NCBI GenBank assembly: GCA_963678315.1
Contig: OY782781.1
Span: 384,001-448,000, forward strand
Length of the DNA: 64,000 nucleotides
Reading direction: 5' to 3'
Source of the DNA: Candidatus Cloacimonadales bacterium
GTDB taxonomy: Bacteria > Cloacimonadota > Cloacimonadia > Cloacimonadales > JAFGVF01
Position numbers and translations under genes: made by a program. Of this stretch, positions 1 to 10,379 are shown one piece after another (positions within the stretch are counted from its first letter, which is position 1; each line of letters begins with the position of its first letter). The notes below the pieces were generated by a model. The model saw nothing but the letters and a program-made list of their open reading frames with translations, was not told the origin of the DNA and searched no databases.

Positions 1-1090
1 TATTATCATTCTTCACTCTTAGCTTGATTTCACTTTGGAAAGGATTTGGGTATGCTGCAATGTATGCATTATTCATTTGTTCAACATCATTATTTGCATT
101 AGGTACAGATAGTAATGTAATCAATACTTCTACATCTTCCCCATCAACAGTCACTTCTTGACTCCATGGATTACATGAAGCACAATAGGCAAACAGGTTA
201 TAAGTACCATTCTCTACAGGAATAGAAAATTCATTATTTTCGTCTGGGAATGTTGTATAAACAATTTCATTTCCTTGAGTTAATGTTATAAGGATTTCTT
301 CATCCATTATATTATCTGCTATTTCAACACTACCATTTATGTATGCATCTGGCTCAACATAATGGAAATTAATATCTTCAACATGTCCATTAACTTCAAC
401 TATTTGAGGGTCTGGAGCAATGTGTGATCCTTCAAAGTCTAAGAGAGACATAGACATTAAAGCACAATTTACATTTTCTATTTGATCAGGAATATTTATT
501 TGATAGGAACCTGTAAATGAGTTCAATTCCATAATTAGATAATGGTCGTTAAGAAAGACAAAGAAATCATCTAATTCTGAGAAGTTCTGTAAATTCTCAA
601 AATCTACTAATTCTGCATTATACAATGACATTACTATTGCAGGATAAACAGGCATATCAAAGCCCCATGACCCTGGCTGAGTTACACTACCTGAGATAGA
701 ATAACTAGTATCAAGTGATTGGAAGCTTATAGTTGCAGAATCCTCTACCCCATTGTCTTCGACAGTTATAACCAATGGTAAACCACTAGGAGGTTGGATT
801 GAAGCAGTTATTGTCATGATAAAAAGTCCATCAATCCCTGTCTCATCCATTGAACCACCATCAACCAGAGAACCATCGGGTAAACCTATATCAGGCAAAT
901 CAACTAATGGAACATCCACACTAAATTTCATGTCTGCTGAGTTTCCGGCTTCTTCGAAAGAAAACTCTATTAACAAGTCATCACCTAAGCTTACACTTGC
1001 TTGTTGACTACCATTTATCGTTAGGTCATGAGCGCTAAATAATAAAGTAAAACTTATAACTAGTATTAAAAATATTACACTTTTCTTCAT
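1..1090 (-). CDS. Secreted protein with C-terminal YPNPF (T9SS-type/FlgD-Ig) sorting domain, 3' end outside window
   Basis: Not in ORF track. ATG at 1090-1088 overlaps the upstream kinase TGA (ATGA). Translates MKKSVIFLILVISFTLLFSAHDLTING...AAYPNPFQSEIKLRV and stays open to the window edge; signal peptide. Confidence 0.8.
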   Translation of the reverse strand, partial: MKKSVIFLILVISFTLLFSAHDLTINGSQQASVSLGDDLLIEFSFEEAGNSADMKFSVDVPLVDLPDIGLPDGSLVDGGSMDETGIDGLFIMTITASIQPPSGLPLVITVEDNGVEDSATISFQSLDTSYSISGSVTQPGSWGFDMPVYPAIVMSLYNAELVDFENLQNFSELDDFFVFLNDHYLIMELNSFTGSYQINIPDQIENVNCALMSMSLLDFEGSHIAPDPQIVEVNGHVEDINFHYVEPDAYINGSVEIADNIMDEEILITLTQGNEIVYTTFPDENNEFSIPVENGTYNLFAYCASCNPWSQEVTVDGEDVEVLITLLSVPNANNDVEQMNNAYIAAYPNPFQSEIKLRVKNDN

Positions 1091-3390
1091 AAAATCTCCT
1101 TGGGTTTATCTTGATTATTTGTATTATTCTCTGCAAAATTGTTATCTTTAAAATCTAAGAAGAAAAAGAAGGTTGTTCCATTTCCTAACTCAGAGCTCAA
1201 CCATATATTTCCTCCCATCTCAGCAATATAGCTTTTACATATTGCTAGCCCTAGTCCAACTCCTTCCCCTTGATGATTAGAAATATAATTATCTGTAACC
1301 TTGTATTTTTCAAAAATAGAATCCTTGAATTCATCAGTAATACCACAACCAGAATCTCTTACATAGAAAATTACTTCATTATTGTTTGGACTAGTATAGC
1401 CAAACTCTATCTTTCCGTGCTCAGTAAATTTACAAGCATTATAAATTAGTTCATTTAAAACAAACACAAATTTATCTCTATCATTATAAATCTCATCATA
1501 GCCATCAGAGATCGATGTAAGAAGCTCAATCTTGAGGTTTGGTTTATATTCCTGTAAGAAGTCTTTATTCTTTTCAAGAACATATCTTAAAGTCTTATTA
1601 ATACTAAAAGTAGTCATTTTTCTTTGGTTACTTCCGAACTCAATGTTAGAGAAAATTAGAACTTTCTCCATTATATCAATTACATTTTTTGAACTTTTTT
1701 GAATTGCTTCAGCATACTCTGATTTATCATCTACATCAAATCCTTTGTCTAAAATAAGTTTATTGAGACCACTGATTACATTAATAGGATTTCTAATTTC
1801 TCTAGTTAAGTTATAAAACAAAGATTTCAACATTTTTTCTTGAGTAATTAGTTCTGTTAATTTTTGTTTGTTGTCAAATCCTGTTTGATTTATTTTATCA
1901 TAGAAATTAAATAAGACATAACAATAGTTCTTTTTATGGAAAGTAAAACAAACTGTTTTCGAAATAACTTGCGGTTTATATTCTAAGAAATCTAATTTAA
2001 ATAATAAGTAGCCCGGATCTGCAGCATTCAAATTCTTTTCGATACTTTTGAAGAAATTCTCACCAAAAAGTTCTATTGCTGAAACCCCAGATTCTGAATT
2101 TATTATATCTCTTGGCATAAAATCACTGTTAACAAGTACATCGTTAAACTCAATCACGTTCCCAGTATCCCTATCTATTAAAACAGCAAATTCTCCTAAG
2201 CTATTGTATAGAAAACCATAATGAGTCTTATAATATACTAAGTCTTTTTCTAATTTAATTACTTTCTTTGAATTTTTAATAAAAATGACTATAAAAACTA
2301 TTATAAAAATCAGAACAATACTATTAATCCATATTGCATATTCTTTTATCCTATCAATAGGTGTTCTTTTATTGACATATATAATTTCATCTTCAACATT
2401 ATTGAAATCTAAATTATAGATTTCAGCTGACTGATAGTCTATTTTTAACTTATATGGATTGTCTAGTCTGAATCTCTTATTAGTAAAACGAGTGCCATCA
2501 ATAACCATTACAAGTTTTCTTGATAAATCGAGACTTAATTTTTTAAAATCTATTGTATAGCCTCCAACAATACCACTAGCATTACTATCTTCCATTATAT
2601 GATAAACAGGACATTGTGCATCTTTTATTATCATTTCAGTAATAGCATCAATGTTTGACACCTGCCCATGATTATCTAAATAGCTATTAATAACTAAGAA
2701 AGCATCCTTACTACTAGTCTTCCCTGAAAAATGAGATATGTCATTAAAGCTCATCATGCTTAAGTCAACATATACAACCTTATCTTTATCCCATAAAGAA
2801 GTTTCATCTATAAAGTCACTGAATTTATTCTTAGATAATTTACCTCTATTAGTCCCACTAGTTACAATATATAGTTTATCAGTTTCTGTTTGTATATTCT
2901 TAATCAGTGTTAATTGTTTTTCAAAAGGAAATTTTATCCTATAGCCAGGGTACTTTCTTTCCATTTTGTCGTCAGTTTCTTGATACAAATCCCCAAAATC
3001 TAGATAAATTATTGGTATTCCCTCAAAAATAGTTTGAGAATAATCTTCACACAACTCCATTGCGATTCTATCAACAGCAACAATTGCATTAAATTTTTTA
3101 TAGAAAGGTGAATTAAATTTTTCTTTTAGAATAGCTAATATTCTTGATTTTTCATTTTGATTTAGAGCAGGTGGAATATTTAAATGTTCTGGTATTAAGT
3201 TAATATTCTTGCTATTGAGTTCTTGCCGTAAACTTTCAAATAATGCTCTATTTATCTTTTGATTCTGTGATTTAGAAAAGAGAATTAAAACACTCTCCCC
3301 ACTAAAATTGCTTGTGGAGTGTAGGTGCCTTAAAGGTAAAATCACCCCTAATAAACATACGATAACTAACATTATTTTTAATTTGTTCAA
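1087..3390 (-). CDS. Membrane sensor histidine kinase (periplasmic substrate-binding-like sensor, HisKA/HATPase)
   Basis: N box ELIYNACKFT, G1 DSGCGI, G2 GVGLGLAIC. The H-box reads LTREIRNPIN with the canonical His replaced by R. Confidence 0.85.
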   Translation of the reverse strand: MNKLKIMLVIVCLLGVILPLRHLHSTSNFSGESVLILFSKSQNQKINRALFESLRQELNSKNINLIPEHLNIPPALNQNEKSRILAILKEKFNSPFYKKFNAIVAVDRIAMELCEDYSQTIFEGIPIIYLDFGDLYQETDDKMERKYPGYRIKFPFEKQLTLIKNIQTETDKLYIVTSGTNRGKLSKNKFSDFIDETSLWDKDKVVYVDLSMMSFNDISHFSGKTSSKDAFLVINSYLDNHGQVSNIDAITEMIIKDAQCPVYHIMEDSNASGIVGGYTIDFKKLSLDLSRKLVMVIDGTRFTNKRFRLDNPYKLKIDYQSAEIYNLDFNNVEDEIIYVNKRTPIDRIKEYAIWINSIVLIFIIVFIVIFIKNSKKVIKLEKDLVYYKTHYGFLYNSLGEFAVLIDRDTGNVIEFNDVLVNSDFMPRDIINSESGVSAIELFGENFFKSIEKNLNAADPGYLLFKLDFLEYKPQVISKTVCFTFHKKNYCYVLFNFYDKINQTGFDNKQKLTELITQEKMLKSLFYNLTREIRNPINVISGLNKLILDKGFDVDDKSEYAEAIQKSSKNVIDIMEKVLIFSNIEFGSNQRKMTTFSINKTLRYVLEKNKDFLQEYKPNLKIELLTSISDGYDEIYNDRDKFVFVLNELIYNACKFTEHGKIEFGYTSPNNNEVIFYVRDSGCGITDEFKDSIFEKYKVTDNYISNHQGEGVGLGLAICKSYIAEMGGNIWLSSELGNGTTFFFFLDFKDNNFAENNTNNQDKPKEIL

Positions 3391-3533
3391 ACCTAACTCC
3401 TATTAATAATTATACAAGTATATTTTATACTACATCTTAAATCATGTAAAGTGTTTTTTAGTTAAAGTTATTTTTATTGACATATTTTACCTTAATAAGA
3501 ATATTTTATCAAAAAAATAATTAGGAGTTGATT

Positions 3534-4457
3534 ATGTCAGTTAAAGTATTAGTCGCTACAGAAAAGCCTTTTGCTCCACAAGCAGTAGAAGGTATCAAAG
3601 AAATATGTGCAAATGCTGATTACCAAGTAGTTTTATTAGAAAAATACACTACAAAAGAAGAACTTTTTGAAGCTGTAAAAGATGTAGATGCAATGATAGT
3701 TAGAAGTGACAAAGTTACTGAAGAAGTTATTGCTAAAGCTGAGAATTTAAAGATAGTTGTAAGAGCTGGTGCAGGTTATGATAATGTTGATTTAAATGCA
3801 TCAACAGCTAAAAACATAACAGTTATGAACACTCCAGGTCAAAATTCAAATGCAGTTGCTGAACTAGCTTTTGGTATGATGTTATACTCTGCAAGAAACA
3901 ACTTCATGCCTAAGGCAGGTACAGAACTTAGAGAAAAGACAATCGGTATTCATGCTTACGGAAATGTTGGTCGTTATGTTGCTAACATTGCTAAAGGCTT
4001 TGGAATGACAGTTAAAGCTTTTGACCCATTCGTTGCTAAAGAAAACATTGAAAAAGATGGTGTTATCGCTGTTGATACTGTAGAAGATTTATATTCTACT
4101 TGTGATTATATTTCTCTTCATATCCCTGCTAATGAAAAAACTAAAGCATCTATCAACTCAGATTTATTCAATATCATGAAAGATAATGCTGTTTTAGTTA
4201 ACACTGCAAGAAAAGAAGTTATTTGTGAGGAATCACTCAAAAAAGCTCTAGCAGAAAAAGCTAACTTTAAATATCTTACAGATATTGCTCCTGTTTGTGA
4301 TGCAGAATTAAAAGAACAATTCGCAGATAAATACTTTGCTACACCTAAGAAAATGGGTGCTCAAACTAAAGAAGCTAACATCAATGCTGGTAAAGCTGCA
4401 GCTAGCCAAATCGTTGCTTTCCTTAAAGATGGAGACACTACTTTTAAAGTAAACTAA
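3534..4457 (+). CDS. serA: D-3-phosphoglycerate dehydrogenase / D-2-hydroxyacid dehydrogenase (short form)
   Basis: RAGAGYDNVD, NTPGQNSNAVAE, GIHAYGNVG Rossmann motif, VNTARKE; RBS AGGAG upstream (ORF track start 3528). Confidence 0.8.
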   Translation: MSVKVLVATEKPFAPQAVEGIKEICANADYQVVLLEKYTTKEELFEAVKDVDAMIVRSDKVTEEVIAKAENLKIVVRAGAGYDNVDLNASTAKNITVMNTPGQNSNAVAELAFGMMLYSARNNFMPKAGTELREKTIGIHAYGNVGRYVANIAKGFGMTVKAFDPFVAKENIEKDGVIAVDTVEDLYSTCDYISLHIPANEKTKASINSDLFNIMKDNAVLVNTARKEVICEESLKKALAEKANFKYLTDIAPVCDAELKEQFADKYFATPKKMGAQTKEANINAGKAAASQIVAFLKDGDTTFKVN

Positions 4458-4477
4458 GCAATACTTATATATATTTC

Positions 4478-4503
4478 AAGCCCACCTTAATTGGTGGGCT
4501 TTT
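4478..4503 (+). terminator. Intrinsic terminator after serA-like gene
   Basis: AAGCCCACC-TTAATT-GGTGGGCTT followed by T run. Confidence 0.8.
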
Positions 4504-4595
4504 AATTTTTTGCATAGCAATATTTAATTTTTACTTGTATATTAGCATTATATACCTAATTTATTATTATATTTCAAAAACTTAGGAGTTTCTTC

Positions 4596-4940
4596 ATGGA
4601 AGATATGATAAAACATACAGTAACTTACATATCCTATTTTGCCTTTTTTTCAGCTATAGTAGTTATTTCAATTGGAATAATAAGAGCATTTCTTATTTAC
4701 ATAAAGGGTATCTTTATGAAAAACAAATCACGAACTGCAATCCAAGAGAGTAGACTAGAAATCGGCCATTCTTTTTCCTTATGTCTTAGCTTCCTTATTG
4801 GAGCAAGTATTTTAAAGACAACAATAGCTCCAACATGGACAGAGATTGGACAACTTGCATCCATTGTTATGATAAGAACAATCATGAACTATTTCCTAGT
4901 CAGAGATGTTAACAAAATGGAAGAAGTTAAGAAGGACTAG
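4596..4940 (+). CDS. DUF1622-like small membrane protein
   Basis: [46 protein letters not shown] matches the family pattern; RBS AGGAG. Confidence 0.8.
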   Translation: MEDMIKHTVTYISYFAFFSAIVVISIGIIRAFLIYIKGIFMKNKSRTAIQESRLEIGHSFSLCLSFLIGASILKTTIAPTWTEIGQLASIVMIRTIMNYFLVRDVNKMEEVKKD

Positions 4941-6595
4941 AGCAGATTTCCTTCAATAATCTCTTTTGCTCTGACCAGACTATCGTCAATATCATGATGA
5001 ATATTTTCAACACCAATTACATCAGTTAGTCCATATTTGGTTAAAATATTTTGGACATGGTCATTTACTCCTGATAGTAATAGCCTTGTACCATCATGCT
5101 TAGAATCAATTTGCAATTCTCTTAGAAGATTTAAACCAGTTGCATCGATTGTAGGAACATTCCTCATTCTAATAATCCTTACATAAGGTTTCTTAGCAAG
5201 GTTTCTAATCGAATCTTTAAAAGTTGTTGCAGCCCCAAAGAAGAAAGGTCCATATACTTCATATACATCTACACCTTTTGGTACTTCCTTTGACTTGATG
5301 TTATTCGGATCTTCCTGTTCATCATGGTCTTCCAATGCACTTGTAATCACATCCACATTGCTGATAGAGGACATTCTTTTCATAAATAAAATTACTGCTA
5401 ATACCATACCTACTTCTATTGCTATAGTCAAATCAAAGAAGACTGTAAGCAAGAAAGTAGTTAGTAACACCATTATATCTGATCTTGGACTTTTTAAAAT
5501 TCTTCTAAATACATGATGTTCACTCATATTATAAGAGACCATAATCAATATTGCAGCTAAAGTTGACAAGGGTATTAATTTTGCCCATTTTCCTAAAAGA
5601 AGCATTATTAACAACAAGGTAACTGCATGAACAAGCCCAGCAATTGGTGTTCTTCCCCCATTTTTAACATTAGTAGCAGTTCTGGCTATTGCTCCAGTAA
5701 CAGGTATCCCCCCAAACAAAGGAGATACAATATTGGCAACACCTTGTCCTATTAATTCCGTATTTGACTTATGCCTTTTCCCTATCATACCATCAGCAAC
5801 AACTGCTGAAAGTAATGCTTCTATTGCAGCAAGAATAGCTATAGTTAAGCCAGGAAGAAGCATTTCTCTAACTAGCTCAAAACTTAACAAAGGTAATTTC
5901 GGACTTGGTATTGTTGAAGGTATCTCTCCAAACTTGGAAGCAATAGTTGGCACATCTAGTTTTAGTAAAGATACTGCCAATGTTGCAACAATTATAGCTA
6001 TAATAGAACCTGGTATTTTCCTTGAAATCTTTGGCCAAAATATGATAATTAGAAGAGATACAAGACCTATTAGAGAAGCTTGCCAATTTATACTAGCAAA
6101 ATTGCTTATATAGCTTGTCCATTTACCTACAAAATCCCCAGGAATGTTAGATATTGTCAAACCAAAGAAATCTTTAATTTGAGTTGAGAATATTACTACT
6201 GCAATTCCCGAAGTAAATCCTACAATCACAGGATGAGGAATATATTTTATTAATGAACCAAATTTAGACAATCCCATTATTATCAAAAACACACCTGCTA
6301 TCAAGGTGGAAACCATTAATCCATTGACCCCATGTTTCTGAACTATGCCCAAGACAATAATAATAAAAGCACCTGTCGGTCCCCCAATCTGAACCCTACT
6401 TCCACCAAGTAACGATACAATAAAACCACCAATTACAGCCGTAATCAATCCTTTATCGGGTGATACTCCTGATGCTATACCAAAAGCAATGCCTAAGGGT
6501 AAAGCAACTATGCCGACTAATATCCCTGAGATAATATCATTTATTAACTGCTTTCTTGTGATAGTCGGTAATATTTCAAATAGCTTAGGCAACAT
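4937..6595 (-). CDS. sulP: SulP family anion permease with STAS domain
   Basis: [24 protein letters not shown]-terminal STAS ([13 protein letters not shown]). Confidence 0.93.
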   Translation of the reverse strand: MLPKLFEILPTITRKQLINDIISGILVGIVALPLGIAFGIASGVSPDKGLITAVIGGFIVSLLGGSRVQIGGPTGAFIIIVLGIVQKHGVNGLMVSTLIAGVFLIIMGLSKFGSLIKYIPHPVIVGFTSGIAVVIFSTQIKDFFGLTISNIPGDFVGKWTSYISNFASINWQASLIGLVSLLIIIFWPKISRKIPGSIIAIIVATLAVSLLKLDVPTIASKFGEIPSTIPSPKLPLLSFELVREMLLPGLTIAILAAIEALLSAVVADGMIGKRHKSNTELIGQGVANIVSPLFGGIPVTGAIARTATNVKNGGRTPIAGLVHAVTLLLIMLLLGKWAKLIPLSTLAAILIMVSYNMSEHHVFRRILKSPRSDIMVLLTTFLLTVFFDLTIAIEVGMVLAVILFMKRMSSISNVDVITSALEDHDEQEDPNNIKSKEVPKGVDVYEVYGPFFFGAATTFKDSIRNLAKKPYVRIIRMRNVPTIDATGLNLLRELQIDSKHDGTRLLLSGVNDHVQNILTKYGLTDVIGVENIHHDIDDSLVRAKEIIEGNLL

Positions 6596-6774
6596 AACTA
6601 TGCCCCTTTAAACACTGAATTATAACAATTAGTTTCATCTATACTCCTATACTTAATACATTTCATTAAATTATTCTTTGAATGATGTCGGAATAGTTTT
6701 TTGTATTTTATTGTCAATACCTATTGAGAAAAATGTTGTCTTTTTCATAATTTTCTCCCCTCCAACACTTCACC

Positions 6775-7319
6775 CTTACTTGCCTCCTTGAAAAAAAGCC
6801 GATTTTTCAATGAGGCACTTAAGTTAGGAGTTAGAAGTGAGGAGTGAGTGAGTTGGGAGTTGGAACAGGACATACTGGGAACGCCAGCCTCCGAGCTGGC
6901 TTCACTTAGAACCTAGTGATAAGTGAATTTGTAGAGACGTTTGGAAAAACTTCTCAATCGCAAGCTGGAAGCTTGCAACACTCTTTTAGGAGTGCTGTAA
7001 GCATAGATAATAAGCTTTGGTAAATCTTAATTGCTAGAACAAGGGAACGCGGACACTCCGAATTTGATGAAACTTGGTGAGTCAAATAAAGGTTGGTCCG
7101 CTTTAAAAGGTCTTTTCTCGATGGAAAGAGCTTTTAATAAATCATATACTCTTTGTTTTATTCTTAGCTTTCAAACATCGAATTTGAAAGCTAAGAAGCG
7201 GATCAAGTATCCGCGTTCCCTCAACAGTAGCTTAAATGAAACTGTGCTAATTTTCATTGCAAAAAACAGATTCTGTGTTTTAGGCTGTAAGCATAGATAA
7301 TAAGCTTTGGTAAATCTTA
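6775..7319. repeat. Intergenic REP-like repeat island 1
   Basis: Long hairpin module 6775-6823, purine-rich heptamer-like run, CTGGGAAC-GCCAGC hairpin, TTCACTTA..TAAGTGAA hairpin, GTAGAGACG module 6931-6955, 36-bp direct repeats 6994-7029 and 7284-7319. Confidence 0.85.
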
Positions 7320-7372
7320 CAAGAAATATTGACAGCACACGACAAAGTGTTTTTATAGAAAAAAAATATTAG

Positions 7373-7858
7373 GTGGTCAAAATGAGAATAGGTTATGGCT
7401 ATGATGTTCATAAACTTGGAGAAGATAGAAGATTAGTTCTAGGGGGAGTTGATATTCCTTTCGACAAAGGATTAGTTGGACATTCAGATGCAGATGTCTT
7501 GATTCATGCAATAATTGATGCCTTGTTAGGAGCCTTAGCATTAGGAGATATAGGTCAATTGTTTCCTGATACAGATATGGAATATAAAGACATTGATTCT
7601 AGAATATTACTGAGAGAAGCATTCAAAAGAGTTTCAGATAAAGGCTTTAGCATTGGGAATATCGATTCAACTATATGTGCTCAAAGACCAAAATTAAAAG
7701 ATTATATCCTAGAAATGAGAAAAAACCTTGCTCAAGATTTGCATACTAGTCTTGAGAATGTTTCAGTGAAAGCAACTACTGAAGAAAAATTAGGTATCTC
7801 TGGTTCTGAACAAGGAATGACAGCCCACGCTCTTGTATTGTTAAAAGAAGATAGATAA
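7373..7858 (+). CDS. ispF: 2-C-methyl-D-erythritol 2,4-cyclodiphosphate synthase
   Basis: RIGYGYDVH, GHSDADVLIHA, GDIGQLFPDTD, VSVKATT. Confidence 0.97.
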   Translation: MVKMRIGYGYDVHKLGEDRRLVLGGVDIPFDKGLVGHSDADVLIHAIIDALLGALALGDIGQLFPDTDMEYKDIDSRILLREAFKRVSDKGFSIGNIDSTICAQRPKLKDYILEMRKNLAQDLHTSLENVSVKATTEEKLGISGSEQGMTAHALVLLKEDR

Positions 7859-7926
7859 TATTTCTTGACTCAAAAAAGGTGATTAACTAATTTATATAGA
7901 TGGTTTAGCAATAAACTGGAGGTTTT

Positions 7927-9741
7927 ATGAAAGTTTATTTATTATTAATTCTTGTCATGTTCATTTCATCTCTTGCTTGTATAAGTGTTGAAGAACTACT
8001 CCTTTTGGAAAAAACGGGAGACTACATAGTCGGCAAAGGCATTGCTGCAAGCGAAACACAGGCTGATAAAGATGCTCTTGATGATTTAGCAACTCAGATT
8101 GTTGTTAATGTTAAAAGCAGTTTTGAAGATGTAGCTGAAGAAAGCAATCAGGGTGTAAATGAATATTGCAAGAAAGTAACTAAGACTTATAGCAATGTCA
8201 ATTTAACTAATGCTTATAAATTGAAAGCAGCCAAAGAAGATGGCTTCTTTGTAGTTTATAGATATATTTCAAAACAAGCAAAAGATGCCTTCTTTAGAGA
8301 TAGATTACTTCAAGTTTCAGAGCTTGTTGATGAAGGCTATATTGCTGAAAGCAAGGGAAACATTGTAGATGCTATAAGGAATTATTACTGGGCTTTAATG
8401 CTTTTAAAAACTCACCCAGATTATAAGACATATTCTTATTACTTAGGCGGTGAAGATAAGATTCTAAATATCTCTCTTTTAAATAGAATAGATCAATTGC
8501 TTGATGATATTGAAATTGTAGTCAGCTCTAAGTCTTCTAAAGAAGATTCTAACTGTGTAGATTATGTTCTTTTAGCATCATATAAGGATGTGGGGCTTGA
8601 TGGAATAAGAGTTAAATATCATGATGGTAACATTTGGTCTAATTTTAATAAGTGGGGAAATGGCCAAGGCTATATAACTATTAGAAAAGATATAGACGGT
8701 ACAATTGACAATCTGAGATTATTAATAGATTATAAATTTGAACAATATAATTTCAGCGAAGATATTAGAAATACTCTAATGAATCTAAAAACTATAAGCT
8801 TCCCTTCTGCTGAAAAATCTATTTCTTTGAAAGAAATACAAACTAATAATCAGGAAATTGCTGAAAAAGAAGCTCCTGAAGTAAAATTTGACGAAGAGAT
8901 AAGTCTTGATAAAAAGCAGATAGTTTCAAAAATTATTGACGCTATAGAAAAGGACCAACTCAATTCTACTAGAGACTACTTCTCAATAAATGGCTTTAGA
9001 GAGCTTAATAGATTGCTAGGCTATGGTCATGCACAAATACTTCCGATTGAAATCCAGCTAACTATAATGAAAACTAATGACCTTGAAATTATTAGAAGTG
9101 TTCCTATGAGATTTTCATTCTCTACTTCTAATGAGCCTTTTGTAGAGAAAGTAAACTTCGTCTTCAATAAAGATGAAAAAATTGATGGCATAACCTTCGC
9201 TCTTTCAGATGAATCTATCAAAGACATACGCAGTAAGAAGTATGCTGACGAAAAAGAAAAGGATATGATAATCAACTTCGCTGAACAATACAAGACTGCA
9301 TATTGCCTAAAAGACCTTGATTTTATTAAAAACGTGTTTTCTAGAGATGCCTTAATCATAGTTGGGAAAATGACCAGATTAGAAGCAGACCCTCAAAGCG
9401 ATAAGCTTTACCAACAGATAGATAACAGCAAGTTTTCCTATGTAAAAATGGGGAAAGAAGAATACATTAAGAGACTAGAAAAGACATTTAGAGATAAAGA
9501 GTTTATCAACATCAGATTTGCAGATAATGTTGTTTCTAAAGTTGGAGCTAAAGATATAAAGGTCTTTGGAATGCAGATTAAACAATACTACTATTCTTCA
9601 AATTATGCTGACCAAGGATATCTATTTTTAATGTTTAATCTAAATGACCCTGACAATCCAAAAATAATGGTCAGATCCTGGCAACCAAGAAAAGCTGAAG
9701 ATGGTTCTATTTTAGGATTAGATGATTTTTTATTTGAATAA
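7927..9741 (+). CDS. LPP20-like exported protein / lipoprotein
   Basis: Signal peptide ending SLAC; N-terminal GKG...ADKDALDDLATQIVVNVKS LPP20-like motif; C-terminal YADQGYLFLM...VRSWQP. Confidence 0.65.
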   Translation: MKVYLLLILVMFISSLACISVEELLLLEKTGDYIVGKGIAASETQADKDALDDLATQIVVNVKSSFEDVAEESNQGVNEYCKKVTKTYSNVNLTNAYKLKAAKEDGFFVVYRYISKQAKDAFFRDRLLQVSELVDEGYIAESKGNIVDAIRNYYWALMLLKTHPDYKTYSYYLGGEDKILNISLLNRIDQLLDDIEIVVSSKSSKEDSNCVDYVLLASYKDVGLDGIRVKYHDGNIWSNFNKWGNGQGYITIRKDIDGTIDNLRLLIDYKFEQYNFSEDIRNTLMNLKTISFPSAEKSISLKEIQTNNQEIAEKEAPEVKFDEEISLDKKQIVSKIIDAIEKDQLNSTRDYFSINGFRELNRLLGYGHAQILPIEIQLTIMKTNDLEIIRSVPMRFSFSTSNEPFVEKVNFVFNKDEKIDGITFALSDESIKDIRSKKYADEKEKDMIINFAEQYKTAYCLKDLDFIKNVFSRDALIIVGKMTRLEADPQSDKLYQQIDNSKFSYVKMGKEEYIKRLEKTFRDKEFINIRFADNVVSKVGAKDIKVFGMQIKQYYYSSNYADQGYLFLMFNLNDPDNPKIMVRSWQPRKAEDGSILGLDDFLFE

Positions 9742-9745
9742 AGAT

Positions 9746-9772
9746 AAAGGCAAGATAGTTAATCTTGCCTTT
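9746..9772. terminator. Bidirectional terminator between convergent genes
   Basis: AAAGGCAAGAT-AGTTA-ATCTTGCCTTT. Confidence 0.75.
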
Positions 9773-9778
9773 CAATAA

Positions 9779-10183
9779 TTATTGTAAAATATCTAGCAAT
9801 TCTACTTCAAATTTAAGTGTTGCGTTTGGAGGAATAACATTACCAGCTCCTCTTTTGCCATAAGCAAGATCTGATGGTATCTCTAAAGTTCTAACTTCAC
9901 CTATCTTCATTCCTTCAACACCTAAGTCCCAACCTTTAATCACCATCTTTGCACCTAATGTGAAAGAAAAAGGTTGATTCCTATCTTTAGAAGAATCAAA
10001 TTTAGTTCCATTCATTAACCAACCAGTATAGTGTACAGATACAGTATCACCTTTCTTTGCAACAGCTCCATTACCTTCATTCTCAATTGTGTACTTTAAT
10101 CCATTATCCATAGTCATAGTTCCTTTCTTTGTACTACACCCTAAAAATAAGAGTGTAATCATTATCAATGTTAATATTTTCAT
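9779..10183 (-). CDS. FKBP-type peptidyl-prolyl cis-trans isomerase (lipoprotein)
   Basis: VHYTGWL, FDSS, VIKGWD, IPPNATLKFEVELL; lipobox LGC. Confidence 0.95.
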   Translation of the reverse strand: MKILTLIMITLLFLGCSTKKGTMTMDNGLKYTIENEGNGAVAKKGDTVSVHYTGWLMNGTKFDSSKDRNQPFSFTLGAKMVIKGWDLGVEGMKIGEVRTLEIPSDLAYGKRGAGNVIPPNATLKFEVELLDILQ

Positions 10184-10379
10184 ATCTACCTCTAAGATAT
10201 TAATTTTAGTTCAATATTTAGATGATTATCTCTTGTGTAAACATATTTCTTGACTAATTTCTACATTAAATTAAAAAACAAAGAAATATAACTTTCATTA
10301 TTGCACTAAATCTTTTTCTCAATAGATGTATCATTAATGAAAAAGAGCAAAGCAGAAAAATAGAAGGAAGATGAAATAG

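Noticed and set aside
7031..7300. 89-aa ORF
   Set aside because: It lies entirely within repeat island 1, has a TTG start with no RBS, and shows no recognisable motif.
6994..7319. Two 36-bp repeats as a mini-CRISPR
   Set aside because: The 254-bp interval is far too long for a spacer, there are only two repeats, and there are no cas genes.
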